63,619 nucleotides of DNA from Nemertoderma westbladi (taxonomy: Eukaryota > Animalia > Xenacoelomorpha). Shown here piece after piece: positions 26,090 to 38,592 of the stretch (positions are counted from its first letter, which is position 1; each line of letters opens with the position of its first letter). Under the pieces are notes generated by a model. The model had not been told where the DNA came from. It was given only the letters and a program-made list of their open reading frames with translations, and did not search any database. The position numbers and the translations under genes were made by a program. Location of the stretch: positions 1 to 63,619 of the forward strand of contig JAUCBJ010001211.1 in assembly GCA_032718475.1 (NCBI GenBank), written 5' to 3'.

Positions 26090-28799
26090 AAGAAGAATCC
26101 CAGGAGTTTTGGTTACATGGACCGGATTACCAATCCGTTGCCGATAGATGCAGAGGTCAAAGTGGAGAAAGTTTCCAAGTCTAAGTCGAAAGCCAAACTC
26201 GAGTCTTTGGAGCAGCCTGAAGAGACATTGGAGCGGCCCGGAGACCTGTCAGACCAAGAGACTTATGTGACTACAAGGTCCGGAAGGGTAAGTTATGACA
26301 TAAAACCACACTTACCGACTACACAAGAGTCACAGTTAGTAAGTGACGGACAGCAAATGACCGACAAGATGGAGCCTTTGGTTTCCAACCCTACGGGTTT
26401 GGATTCGAAACTTCCATTGGCTAATGGGCAACCGTCGCTGGCATTAGAGCCACGTAGTATTTATGACAAATTGCTAAATTCGTCCACCTCCTGGCTGACA
26501 ATTTGTAAAAGAACCGCGTGGTTAAGGCGATATGTTTCGTTCCTTTGTTTAATACATACGAAGCATTTAGGAGAACAAACGAGCACTGATAGTGAGCGAA
26601 TTCAGAAATTGAAACAACCTCTGACAGAGGATGGAATTGATCAAGCGGAACTAAACCATTTGAGGCATTGTCAAATGTGTGCTTTCCCAAAAGAATTCTA
26701 TCTGTTATCGGCTCAACGACCAGTTCTCTATAAACCCCTCAAAAATGGAGTCCATTGATACATAAGGGTTTGATTTGTCATAGATCAAGAATCCAGACTG
26801 TCGACATAAACTCACAGTTTAGGTTCCCAGTGATAATCCCTAGCCACCCAATAGAATTGCAAAGAGCGATTCTGTGGGATATACATAAGAGGCTGCATCA
26901 CGCGGGAAGGCTACACTGTTTGTCGGCAGCGAGACAGCGATTCATTCTGTTGCAGCCAAGCAGGGCGGTAGGTACTATGTACGACGCCTGTCTGGTTTGC
27001 AAGAAAGCGAACGCCCGAGTATTGGAACAGGAGATGACTGAACTCCCGGAAGCTAGAGTGCAGGCATATGAACCACCCTTCACAAATACAGGGGTGGACT
27101 GTTTTGGCCCGATTGAGGCAAAGAGTGGACGGCTGACCCACAAGAGATGGGGCCTGCTACTGATATGTATGGCAAGAAGAGCCATACACATAGAGCGTGT
27201 GGCAGACATGTCGACCAAATCTCTGCTTCTGGCTATAAAGAGATTTATGGCCAGGAGAGGACTAGTAAAGGTGTTCTTCTCCGACAAGGGTACAAACTTT
27301 GTCGGAGGGGATAGCGAGTTGAACGCGGCTCACAGGGCGGCGCAGAATAAAGAAATCTCTGCAGCACTTTTGCCGCAAAGAGTCGAGTGGAGATTTAATA
27401 CCCCAGAAAGTCCCTGGAGAGGAGGAAGTTGGGAGCGTCTGGTTCGCTCCATAAAACAGGCCATAGCGAAACAACTGACAGACGACGAGTTGGTAACAGC
27501 TTTCATCAAAATTGAAGCATACTTTAAACTCGAGGCCGATAGCTATGTTGCCCGACGGTGTTGCATTAACACCAAATCACCTGCTTATGCAGAGTCCAGC
27601 ATTTCTTGTGCCGGCATAAGAACCCATTAGTGCCGACCTATATAGTCGAAAAAGCTGGAAAATAACCCAGTTTATAGCGTACATATTCTGGGAATATTGG
27701 CGGGAATATTACCTTCCCACAATTTCCACCAGAGCAAAGTGGTACAAAACAGTTCGGAGCCTCCAAAGAGGAGACTATGTATTAATAACCGAACCAATGA
27801 TAAAGAGAAAATACTGGGAAACTGGTGTAATCTTGCACGTACACCCGGACATCAAAATATAGTACGCACCATCACTGTAAAAATAAGGTGCAAGTGTCCG
27901 AACAAAAAGAAGTGTAAAACTAAGGGTTGGCACACCTTGGACAGGCCGGTCCAGGATATTGTGTTACTAGAGGAAACACGCATCGAGACAGGAGACTATA
28001 ATTTGTCTTCTGCCTCAAAACAAAATTAGTGTCAGAACGCAAATTCACTTCGTATGCATTCCTCGTATGCAAATACTCGGAAATGCATAGGAGCGGGTTT
28101 GTGGTGAATTGCGTGAGAATTTGTCTGGTGGGTATCAAAACAAAATTAAATTTTTTCATAAAATGTTTGGAAAATTAAAAATTTTAAAAATTAGAAGTGA
28201 ACCCAAGACAATTCCAAACGCTGCATATAGACGCGTTCTAGAACCTGTCTATAAGTACAGTAATTTGAAAGTCGTGAGAGCCTGGAAAATGGTATCTAGA
28301 CACCATGGTTATGGCTATTATTATGTAGGAGTGTAAATTGAGTTCAGTAACTTCCACAGATTGGTGCCAACAGTACAACAACCAAGGTGCTAAAGGTTAG
28401 TAGCACCAGAGGCGTACACAGACCCCACTCAGTAGTTCGTAGTGGAGAGAGGTGTTCGATTATCAAACCTGCAGGTTTGGTATAGTTGAACGCCCTAGCT
28501 AATGTCCTTTCTAACTACTGTAGTCTAGTACAAGTATTGGGGAGTAGTTTGGGCATCAAAAAGTGAGTCGGTCACGGCCAGTTTATCTCTGAAGTTTTTG
28601 CGCTATGCATGGGAATAGGTTAGAAGGTAGTTAAGAATGAGACGGGATCTAGAAAGCCAAACCTGAACTGCTGGAAGGTGGGCCGGGTAGCTTGGGAAGT
28701 CTATCCCTCCGTACTATCTAACTGATCCACCCACAGTGCAATTAGTTTACGTAACGGATTATTGGAATATATATATGTATAATACGCGGCAACTAAGTA

Positions 28800-31150
28800 A
28801 TGGCGAGTAAAGAAATCCGAGCGGAACCGAGGAGAGGATTTACCGCCAGGAAGGAAGCAGAACTACCGTTCACCCGGCATGGATGTAAGGACTCTAATGT
28901 CTATTATCATGGGAGATTGGTAATGGAGTTAAACGGGAAATACAAACCCACTTATGACAAGGAATTGAGGAGAGAAAGGATGCGAGCATTGGGGGATCGT
29001 ATGGAGGTATTACGAAAGGAATACCGAACTCGATATCCCTACGACTTCGCCCTTGACGTGTGCGATATTAGCGCCGACCCTGACGAGGAAATAGTGCGCT
29101 TGTATCAAATGAATATGTATTTGTCGCACGATGAACCTCTACCTGGCGTCCGAGATCAATTCGACGGGATGCATCTTTACCGGAGGACCCGAGGCGAGGA
29201 CGAGGAGACGCCAAAGGTTTTCAGTGTATATAAATTGTTTTACAAATGCAGCGAATAAACAAGACGTAGCAATTCCAGATCGACTGAACGAGCTGAATCC
29301 CGAACCGATATTGACGCGGTGCCAATCTCATCAGTTTCTTAGAAATAACGAGGGAGGTTACCCGATGAGTAATCCTATGATCAGCATCAACTTTAGCGGA
29401 AAAAGACCTCCGAGACCTGTTACGCCGACCGTTGCGACTTTGGATCCATACATGGAGATTAAACCCTGTTCGACACCCGCCTTGATAGAAACGGCGGTGG
29501 CCATTTCGCTTTACCGAGCTTATAAGGACCTAGAGGCGCGGCACGAAGCGGCACGGGACTCGAGTACCAAACCCGCGGGTTTGGAACTCTCGAGTCCCTG
29601 GACCACGTTCACTTCGCCTCACCGGGAGAGGAAGCTCACGCCTGAGCACCAGGATGATATAGACGCGTTGCAGTAGGAGGAGCTAGCGGCGAAAGCGAAG
29701 CAGTTATTCGAAGAGCGTATAGCGGAGTATAACAAGGCTGCGGATAGACATCAGGAGGAAACGAGGAGAGTCACTGGATTTGTTCCACAGGCTATATCTC
29801 AACCTAGACCTGTGTATTATTCCAGCGGGAACAAAGTTGTGATATTGGTAGATCACCCGGAGTCGCGAGAAGCCATTCGATTCTTGCCGATGGTGACATT
29901 GTCGGATCATTGGAACGTCGACTGCTTGCAGGAAGCGTTGTGCGCGAAGTTCTTGCGCGATGTCCCGATGCAGATAACCGACTATGATATGTTCGACAAG
30001 ATTGGAGAGCAAGTTGTTCGGCTGGTTGGACAAGTACATAAAGGTATGGGTCGCGGTGGCTACATTCGCAGACGACGAGGAGGTGGACCAGGCGTGGCTA
30101 AGGAGGAAGGGTTTCTACACCCAATATGACGACCACAAGGCCATCGAGCGCATGTGGACCCCATCCTACGAGATCCAGCGTCAGTGGCGAAAGACGGAGG
30201 AATCATTGGAGGATTGGCGCATGATGTTCTACGATAATGAGGGAGGTTCTCACCAAGAATGCTTAAGTAGCAAGTGCATTGAAATTAGCGCAGCTGACGG
30301 TGTAACTCACGTGTTCATACGCGTGAGGGCGGACAGAGAAAGACCGGAGCCCATTATAACGACACAATACAGGCAAGGGAAGGATCCTAGAGAAGAAATC
30401 TTGGAGGTATGTAGGCGAGAGGGTATGCATGGAGCGAAGCGTATCGACGCCAGGATGTTACCCAAGAAGGTTAGTGAGGCGATCCTTAATCGGGACTACG
30501 TTAAGGTGGGATCGGGAGTCCAAAGCGATTTGGAGAGCGACTTCAACGCCATGACGGATCTGGAGGATCGTTTGCCGAGACCGTTCGTCGACACCAAGCT
30601 ATTATTACTATTGGTGCAGGACATTGGAATTTACAGGGAGTACCCTAATTCTGCTAAGACTGGTATGGGCTTTATAGCGCATTTGTTATATAATTAGGAC
30701 TTCAAGTTAAAGACGCAAAAGAAATACGAGGAGGCGTACGGTGAATATAACACGCCGCCGGGAGCGGAGTTCAAATCCCACTTAAAGCGGCAAGCGCTAG
30801 TATATTGGAACATCTGCGCACCACCCCGTGCATCGTTGCAATATTATTTGGTACTGGAGTCGAACACGGTAACTTGTTTAGTCACAGATATCGTCGCGAG
30901 AGTTCTGAAGCGTCATCCATTGGTGTTCGGACGAGAACAATACGTTCGCTCGAAAGGAGGAATCCAATCCGATGTGATGAAGCGCTTCTTAACCCCGTTC
31001 TTCAACCAATCGCTAGACAACACGTCGATGGTTAGGAGAGGATTAGCGATATTCAAAGGAGTATACCGACAGAACATCGGAGATTTGGGAGATTGACCTT
31101 CGATGGAGTATCCGACGCCAGAGGCCTTGGAGAAGTGGTTCGGGAAAGAC
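28800..31150 (+). pseudogene. Extra ORF downstream of BEL integrase with a DEDDy (WRN/EXD2/Mut-7-like) 3'-5' exonuclease domain; frameshifted, 3' end lost
   Basis: MFYDNE (ExoI), LPKKVSEAILNRDYVKVGSGVQSDL (ExoII), FVDT, TGMGFIAHLL, YWN...LQYYLVLES (ExoIII-like). Confidence 0.6.
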
Positions 31151-31164
31151 TACGCGACCACCTC

Positions 31165-32575
31165 ACGGCAAAAGCAATGTCCTGCAAAGCGGAGGCGATT
31201 TTGTTCTAGTGTCAAGCTTGGGGGAACCAATGAGACACCTCCAATGTTATATAGTGTCTCGTTGGAGATGTGTGCATTGTACTTGACACAATGAACCCGG
31301 CGTAGCATTCTTGTGAATGTGCCATCCAGAAATTTGATGTCCTCAGCAGTTAAAGCCCAGCATGGACTCCCATAGAGGAGTACTGGAACTACTGCTGCTC
31401 TAAATAATCGGAACTTAAGTTTCCGATTAATTCTCGGTGACTTCCAAATCCTGGAAAGCCTATTCAAGGCTGCCCATGCCTTTCCCTTACGTATTCGAAG
31501 GTCCTCACCTGACTTCCGAATCCATGATCCCAGGTAACAGAAGTCATCCACATGCTCAAGCGTACCATCTTTTGAGCTTATGCTCATCCGATCAGAGACT
31601 TGCTGAGAACTTTCAAAGTTAACTGTCAAAATTTTGGTCTTTCTGGAATTAATAAAAAGACCAACACTAGAAGCAGCATGTTCAAATGAGCTGAGGAGCC
31701 GTTGGGCTCCCTCTAGTGATTCTGAGAGTACTCTTAAGTCATCAGCAAAGTCTAGATCAGTTAGGTACTTGGCAGGATTTCCTCGACTTCTGGAGCCAGT
31801 AGGTGGAGTTATCATCACCCCATCATCATTATGATGATCTAAGGACATGCGTAGAACATAGTCAACAACAATTATGAACAAGAATGGTGCAAGTGTGTCT
31901 CCCTGGAGGACGCCCCATAACACTTAAAATGGTTCTGTGTCACCGTCAACAGTAGACACAAATGTTGTTGAACCATCGTATACTGATCTGATTGCTGCAA
32001 TAATTTCATCAGGAATCCCATATAATGAAAGTTCACCCCATCATCATTATGATGATCTAAGGACATGCGTAGAACATAGTTAACAACAATTATGAACAAG
32101 AATGGTGCAAGTGTGTCTCCCTGGAGGACGCCCCATAACACTTCAAATGGTTCTGTGTCACCGTCAACAGTAGACACAAATGTTGTCGAACCATCGTATA
32201 CTGATCTGATTGCTGCAATAATTTCATCAGGAATCCCATATAATGAATATATGCTGAACATACGTGAGCGAGAGACTGAATCAAAGGCCTTGAAGAAGTC
32301 AACAAAGATAACAGCCAGATGCCTGTCTTTCTTTTTTGATAACTCTTCAATTATCCTTCTAAGTGCCAAAATGGGCTCCATGGTCCCACGACCTTTACGG
32401 AACCCATTCTGATTTCCACGGAGCAGTCTCTCAATGGGATCCCTTATGCGGTTTAATAGAATTCTATTGTATAGCTTTGCAGCAATCGAGATCAATGAGA
32501 TTCCCCGAAAAGAACCATAGAGTGTTAGGTTGCCCTTCTTGGGAACTGGCACCAACTTATTTGTTTTCATTTCTT
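31165..32575 (-). mobile_element. RTE-clade non-LTR RT fragment
   Basis: VPVPKKGNL, FRGISL, QNGFR, FVDFFKAFDSV, GVLQGDTLAPFLF, LDFADDL, FCYLGSW, RLRFAGHC; internal 215-bp duplication. Confidence 0.9.
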
Positions 32576-32594
32576 GTGGGACTCTTGTTGTTCG

Positions 32595-32760
32595 GTAGAG
32601 TCTATTGCAATTTTCGTGTTGTTATATAATAAAAAAAGACACTTTAATCATTTTTTCCGAAACTTGTTTCCCACATCCTGGGGTAGAGCTGCGTCGATTG
32701 ATATAACTTTCATTGACGGACCAGCTATAGCTTCGGAGGAGTTCACCCGATATAGATAGA
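32595..32760 (-). repeat. Interspersed repeat fragment (possibly Helitron/HINE-like); a homologous inverted copy lies at ~63165-63335
   Basis: GGTGAACTCCTCCGAAGCTA...ATGAAAGTTA.ATCAATCGACGCAGCTC.ACCCCAGGATGTGG is shared by both loci and is adjacent to a microsatellite here. Confidence 0.65.
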
Positions 32761-32805
32761 TACATACTGTAACGCCTTCATGCTATCTGGGGATACAAAA
32801 CAAGA

Positions 32806-33176
32806 TACATACATACATAAGCACCTACATACATACATACATACATACATACATACATACATACATACATACATACATACATACATACATACATACATAC
32901 ATACATACATACATACATACATACATACATACATACATACATACATACATACATACATACATACATACATACATACATACGTACACACATACGTACATAC
33001 ATACATACATACATACATACATACATACATACATACATACATACATACATACATACATACATACATACATACATACATACATACATACATACATACATAC
33101 ACACATACGTACATACATACATATATACATACATACATACACACATACATACATACATACATACATACATACATAC
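32806..33176. repeat. (TACA)n microsatellite
   Basis: About 90 near-perfect tetranucleotide units. Confidence 0.99.
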
Positions 33177-33249
33177 TTCTTTCGCGGTGCGATCATGGTA
33201 GTCTTTCGTTTAACATATAGTCACCGCAACATGATGAGAAATCTAATAT

Positions 33250-35330
33250 GGGTACTTCAAGTGCTGGTCATTATGATTTTAAAAATGGTGATTATTCAGC
33301 ATTTGCAAATTATATTCGGTGAATTAATTTTAAATCTAGGTATGAAAACTGTCTTTCAGTAGATGATTACTTATAATACATTTTCTTCTGTAATCAAGGA
33401 AGGAATAGATATGCTTATTCCATATAAACCTCTTAAATCTTGCAGAAAAAATTACCCCCTCTTTGTAAAGCGCTTGCAACGATCTAAACAATTGCTATAA
33501 TCTTAGACACACAGAAGGGGGTCGACTAAATTACAAACGGGCTGCGAAATTAGCCTTAAAAGCGGCTCATCAGGCTCGTTGCATGCATGAAACAAAGCTG
33601 TTAAATTCTGGCAACCCCAGTTTGGTCTTTAAATACATTAATTTCAAAAGGAAAGCTAAACAGGGTATCTGACCGCTTCAATATAAAGGGGATACTGTTG
33701 TCAACGATTCCACTAAAGCTCGCATATTTACTGTAATGAGGTTTTTTTCGGATAATTTTACTTTACATAATAATGATACACCTGTTTTACTAGAAAAGGA
33801 GGTGCATGGTAATGTTAATTTATCCTCTATTGATCATAGTCCCGTTAACGTTCTGACGTTAGTGGGACTCCAGACAACTTGCCCAGTATACTCTCCAATC
33901 GTTTATCTTTGTGCATTGCTGCTCCGTTATCTGTGTTTTTTGACGTATCTTTTGAAACACACACATTTCCTAGCATCTTGCTCCAAACAAACATTATTCC
34001 GTTATTTGAGAAAGGGGACCCCTGCGACCCTTACAACTATAGATAGACCTGACACTCATGTAAATTATTGGAAATTTGTGTAAAAAGTTTATAGTTTAGT
34101 TTCATATTTAGTTTCAAATAATTTAATAAATAAAACTTAGCATGGTCTTAAAGAGTAAATCTACAAATACGCAATTACTAGAGTGCATTACTGATGATTG
34201 GTTTAATATTGTTGATAAGCGGCGGTATATTGATATAATATATATTGATTTTGCCAAAGCTTTCGATGCTGTGGTACTGTACATTCCAACCTTATAGCAA
34301 AATTGACTGTTTATGGCATTGCCGGTGACTTACTAATGTGGCTGTTTGCGTTTCTTTCAAATAGAACACAACTTGTAACAATTCAAATGCTCTCATCATA
34401 TACTAGTAACATCAGGAACAATTCATGGCAGCGTTTTGGGTCCAGTTTTATTTTTAATTTTTATTAACGACCTTCCTGATCACCTTATGCCGGTAAGTGT
34501 CAAACTATTTGCTGATGATGTAAAATAGTAAACCGACACCACTGACAGCGCTAGAAAATGCGCTCGGTAAGCTGGAACAATGGTCAAAAAATTGGCAACT
34601 TTCAATTGCCGCTCATAAATGTCTTGTGGTTTATGTAGGACACAATAACGGTAAGCGCGCTTATTATCTTAATGGTAGTATGCTATTATCTGATAATACA
34701 TGTAGAGATTTAGAAATTATAACAAGCTCCGACCTCTCTTTTTACCGATACTGCAGTGAACAGGCAGCTAAAGCCTGTAAAATTATCGACATGATTTTCC
34801 GTTGTATTATAACAAAAAATATGTCCGCGCTCATTAGTGCGTACTAGAGTATGGTCAGACTACTATTCGAATACTGCACTTCTATATGGTAGCCACACAA
34901 ACAGAGCAGTATCGATCTTATAGTGTCCAGCATTATTTTACTAGGGGTTTGTACTTTAGGTGCAATATTCCATGTGCTTGCCATACAGATCGTTTACATT
35001 ACTTATCTTTACAACCTTTAGAATTGCGTATAATTAATTACTTTTGACCAAAGATGACTTACCAAATTTATCACAATCTCATTGATTTGGATATTGTTAA
35101 ATTTTTCAGTCGACCATCACTAGCGGGATTTCGTTGTCATCAGCACAAGCTCTTTGTTCCTCGTTGTCGACTCAACATTTGTAAACACTCTTTTTCTCAC
35201 AGAGTAGTCCCCATTTGGAATGGTTTGCCGTGTAATGTTGTTGATGCAGAAAGTTTAAATAGTTTTCGGGCAGGTTGTCGGAATCAAATTTATTGTTATT
35301 TGTTATTTTACTAGAGATAATGGAAATCCA
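33250..35330 (+). mobile_element. Highly decayed CR1-clade LINE ORF2
   Basis: YIDFAKAFDAV (~34241), GSVLGPVLFLIFINDLP, LFADDVK, C-terminal HKLF..R...SFSHRVVPIWNGLP. Confidence 0.85.
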
Positions 35331-35479
35331 TTATTTTTTAACCGTCATTAATTTCTATCTTTCTTTTTACTTATTTTATTGAGTGGTATATCTCCCTCGA
35401 TTTTATTTCCCGTTTCTTAACTATAATTACAGTTTGTATGTAAATATTATTACATAATTTGTTATCGAGTTTAATAATA

Positions 35480-37665
35480 ATAATAAGGAGAATATGAAGT
35501 TATCTGAATTTGTGTCCCAGGAAAATCTAAGGGCATGGGCATGGGTCATAGGAAGATTGTCAAAATCTATATTAATGAATAACTTTTCTGAATCAGGAAA
35601 GGCATCTAGGAATTGTCTAGAATTAGAGGTAAATTTTGTAAGGTGAAAGCCACCTAATTTTAGGCAATTTATTATCCCAGAAGCGATGCGAATAGCTTCA
35701 GAGACAGATGACTGCACTTTTGAAGCCATCATACACATACATGTGGTGGTTACAGGGACGGATTAAGGGGGTGGGGGTAAGTTGGAAGGGGCCCGCAAGT
35801 TTGTCTGTTGCAGTACCGCAATATAAGCAAGTTGGCGACCAATTTGAATTTAACGGTATGGGGGTTTCCTTGGCAGGGGATTTCATTCTCGATTTCGGAT
35901 TTCATATTTGACTTAATCTAGACTGTCTTCCAGTGTGTCTGTCTTTCCTTTTGTCTGTCAGTCAGTCACAATATAAGCAAACAAAACCATCAAAATATGT
36001 TTTCTATGGGTACTTTCCGGGTCAGTGATTTCTTTTTGATGTTAGTTTTTATATTTCACTGACAATGAACTTACAATCCACATAAAGACAAACAGCCTGA
36101 CATCAGACAGTCCGGATTACTATTTGTTAAAACTGACATTACTAACGATTATTACTGACGTATAGTCTTTGGCAGGAAAACCCCCTTAACTAAACGTATA
36201 TTCATGTGATGTGCTTCCTACATTTTTGCTCACAGTCAGGCAAACTGGCAGACAGAAATACATACAGATCGAGTCGTACCTAAATATAGAATTGATGTCT
36301 TTTGTATGGTGTGATTTTAGGAACAAATAATAATTACCTTAATAACGAACCTGCCTATTAATAGGCCAGGGTAGTTCTTGTCAGGAGTTGAGCCATTTAA
36401 AAACACGATGTGGTTGTGTGTGTGTGTGTGTATAACCATCCAATATCTCAAAAACTCAAGCAGGTACGCAAACATTTTAATAACAAACTCTCCATAAATT
36501 TTGGTTGCGCACAAGACTGTATATTTTTTGTGGCGTTTCGATCACGGGGTCACTGAAAAATAGCGGTTTTGAAAATTTAAAGTCGAATTTTACCGATTTC
36601 AACTCGTCGAGTATGCACCAACTTTTTTATTTGAGATATTCAGTCATCTGAGCAACATATTTGAGCCTCAGAATCTTTTCAAATATCGCCAATCCCGCAC
36701 AGAACGTCGCCAAAATTTGTTAGTCCGGCAAAAAAACGCACAAATTCGTCTAAAAGAGTAAATTATTTAGTTGCGGAATAATAATATGATTCAACTAGAA
36801 AAGCCAGCCATCTGGCTGTAAGGAGACCCTCCATAGACAAACGTAGTGTTAGTTGGGTCCCTCCTCATTCATTATGATCAACTCCCTCCCACATAACATA
36901 GCACTGAGATGATTCACTGGGAAGAGCTATTCATCTGGTGTGGTAATACATTATACAAACATATAGTTGATGTTTGATTACTGTCTGGGTTAGAGTGAGA
37001 TAGTAATATATTTGGCAAGTAATATACTTCTCTGCAGTTTGGGCTATCCATTCAATAAATAGTAGTAGCTTACTAGGCCCACATGTACCAGCAGCTGGTG
37101 TTTCTATCGTTGAGTTGATGGCAATTATCGTGTTTTCATTTTCGCTCACTCAGGGTACTGCGGTACTGGTTTGAGGGGCAGGTTCGTTTATAGCCAGCTT
37201 GCTGGCTTTCTAGTAATAATAATTTACTTTTTAACCAACGGGGTCCAAAAATTTTTGCATTTGGTTTTCGCGGGGAGGGGGGGGGGGGGGTAGGCATATG
37301 AATAGGGACCCGTAAGTTAGGAATGCCGGGGGCCCGAAAATCCATAAACCGTCCCTGGGTGGTTAATAATGGCACCAATCACCTCTGGGCTAAAAATGAC
37401 TGGCATTATCAACAGCGGTTCGTTCGACTGATCCTAATGCCACAAAGGATGAATCGCTTGCACCAAATATGTGTACTAACATTTGGTAAGTCTCCACTTT
37501 GGTAGAGCCATCGGGCTGCCACAAAAAGCGAAGACTATCGGCAACGCCTGGTGTGACTCTCACCTGGTGGTACATTTCCTTTATATCGTAAGTGAAAGCC
37601 ACAGGATATTGTCGAAAACGCAAAAGAATTCCAATAAGGCTACTACTGGTGAGATTAGGACCTTC
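35480..37665 (-). mobile_element. Second BEL/Pao RT fragment, split by a hAT-type insertion
   Basis: LIGILLRFRQYPVAFTYDIKEMYHQV..LRFLW..HIFGA (37390-37660) and GGFHLTKFTSNS..SWD (35480-35745). Confidence 0.85.
35753..37357. mobile_element. Non-autonomous hAT-type element with nested repeats
   Basis: TIR CAGGGACGGATTA / TAAACCGTCCCTG; 8-bp TSD GGTGGTTA at 35745-35752 and 37358-37365. Confidence 0.85.
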
Positions 37666-38592
37666 TAATAGTTTTATTTATTTATTTATTTAATAACAAT
37701 TTTCTACACTTCTACAAACAATGTAGACGGTGGTTAGATGGGTGAGCCCATTACACCAACCACCGCTAGCATTCAGCTACTGCATAAACCAATAGTTACT
37801 ATAATACAAATAAATCCTAGATAAAACAGTAGTCATGCAACATGCAGTACATAAGCTCAATACAAATACAAATATCCTCCTGTACATTAATTAGGGCTTA
37901 GTTTAAGTAAGTATTATCGATTGATTTTTAACGGAAGAAATACGTAACTATATTTTTACTGAAATATAATTGTTAAAAAATAGGTCACCGACAAGGTCAT
38001 ATTACCTTGTTACTCCAATAAATGCATGCACACATACAGTACCGGTAGTATAAAATATTGTAACAAGTTTCTAAGATACAAAATCGAGAGCTACAAGCTA
38101 CGCTAAAAAAAATCCAGACTGAGGCACGCTGTTGAGATCTACAGTCGGGGTCTCAAAGTGCATCTGTTCTTTGAGATTTTCTCAAAGTTTTTCTAAAAGT
38201 GTCTAGAAGTCATTACATTACTCCCAACGGCCGCTTTGAATTCTTGTAGACACTTTTAGTTGGGAATCTCAAAGTGATTTCCTGCTATTAGGCACTTTGA
38301 ATTCTTCGAGAAATGTAACTTTTAAGTAGTTAGCGGCACTTTGAATTCTTTGAGAAAATAAACTCCGAGGTATTCGTGATTGACAGCTCGTAGTAAGTTA
38401 ACTGAGAGGCAGATGCATTCTCGGGGAACAATATCATGCGGGCAACAAAGTGATACTGTACTTGTGGGCTGGCCAGTTGTTGCCTAGAAGCTATTCCCAT
38501 TAATTTATCACATTGAGATTCCTGACGTGATTATGGGATGGGTTTTCGGTCGCAAGTACAAATTGAATTTACGGCGCCCTTTGACAAGCATT

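Larger units (their letters stand above)
22335..28029 (+). pseudogene. BEL/Pao pol: aspartic protease, RT, RNase H, integrase
   Basis: MLDTAS; YYLPHH..KVRVV.D; DMEAMFHQV; YMDD; FSDAS..PRAELQAA; HHCC zinc finger; GVDCFGP, SDKGTNFVG, PWRGGSWERLVRSIK. Confidence 0.95.
15468..31150 (+). mobile_element. Decayed BEL/Pao LTR retrotransposon with long 5' region and extra 3' ORF; left boundary approximate, paired LTRs not found
   Basis: Gag-PR-RT-RH-IN order with BEL-type motifs; base composition shifts near 15468; 3' part replaced by an RTE fragment. Confidence 0.75.

Noticed and set aside
28800-31150. Envelope gene interpretation of the extra BEL ORF
   Set aside because: No signal peptide, transmembrane segment or Cys-rich ectodomain visible; the protein is highly charged.
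32743-33220. MYVC and HTYI repeat ORFs
   Set aside because: Translations of the (TACA)n microsatellite.
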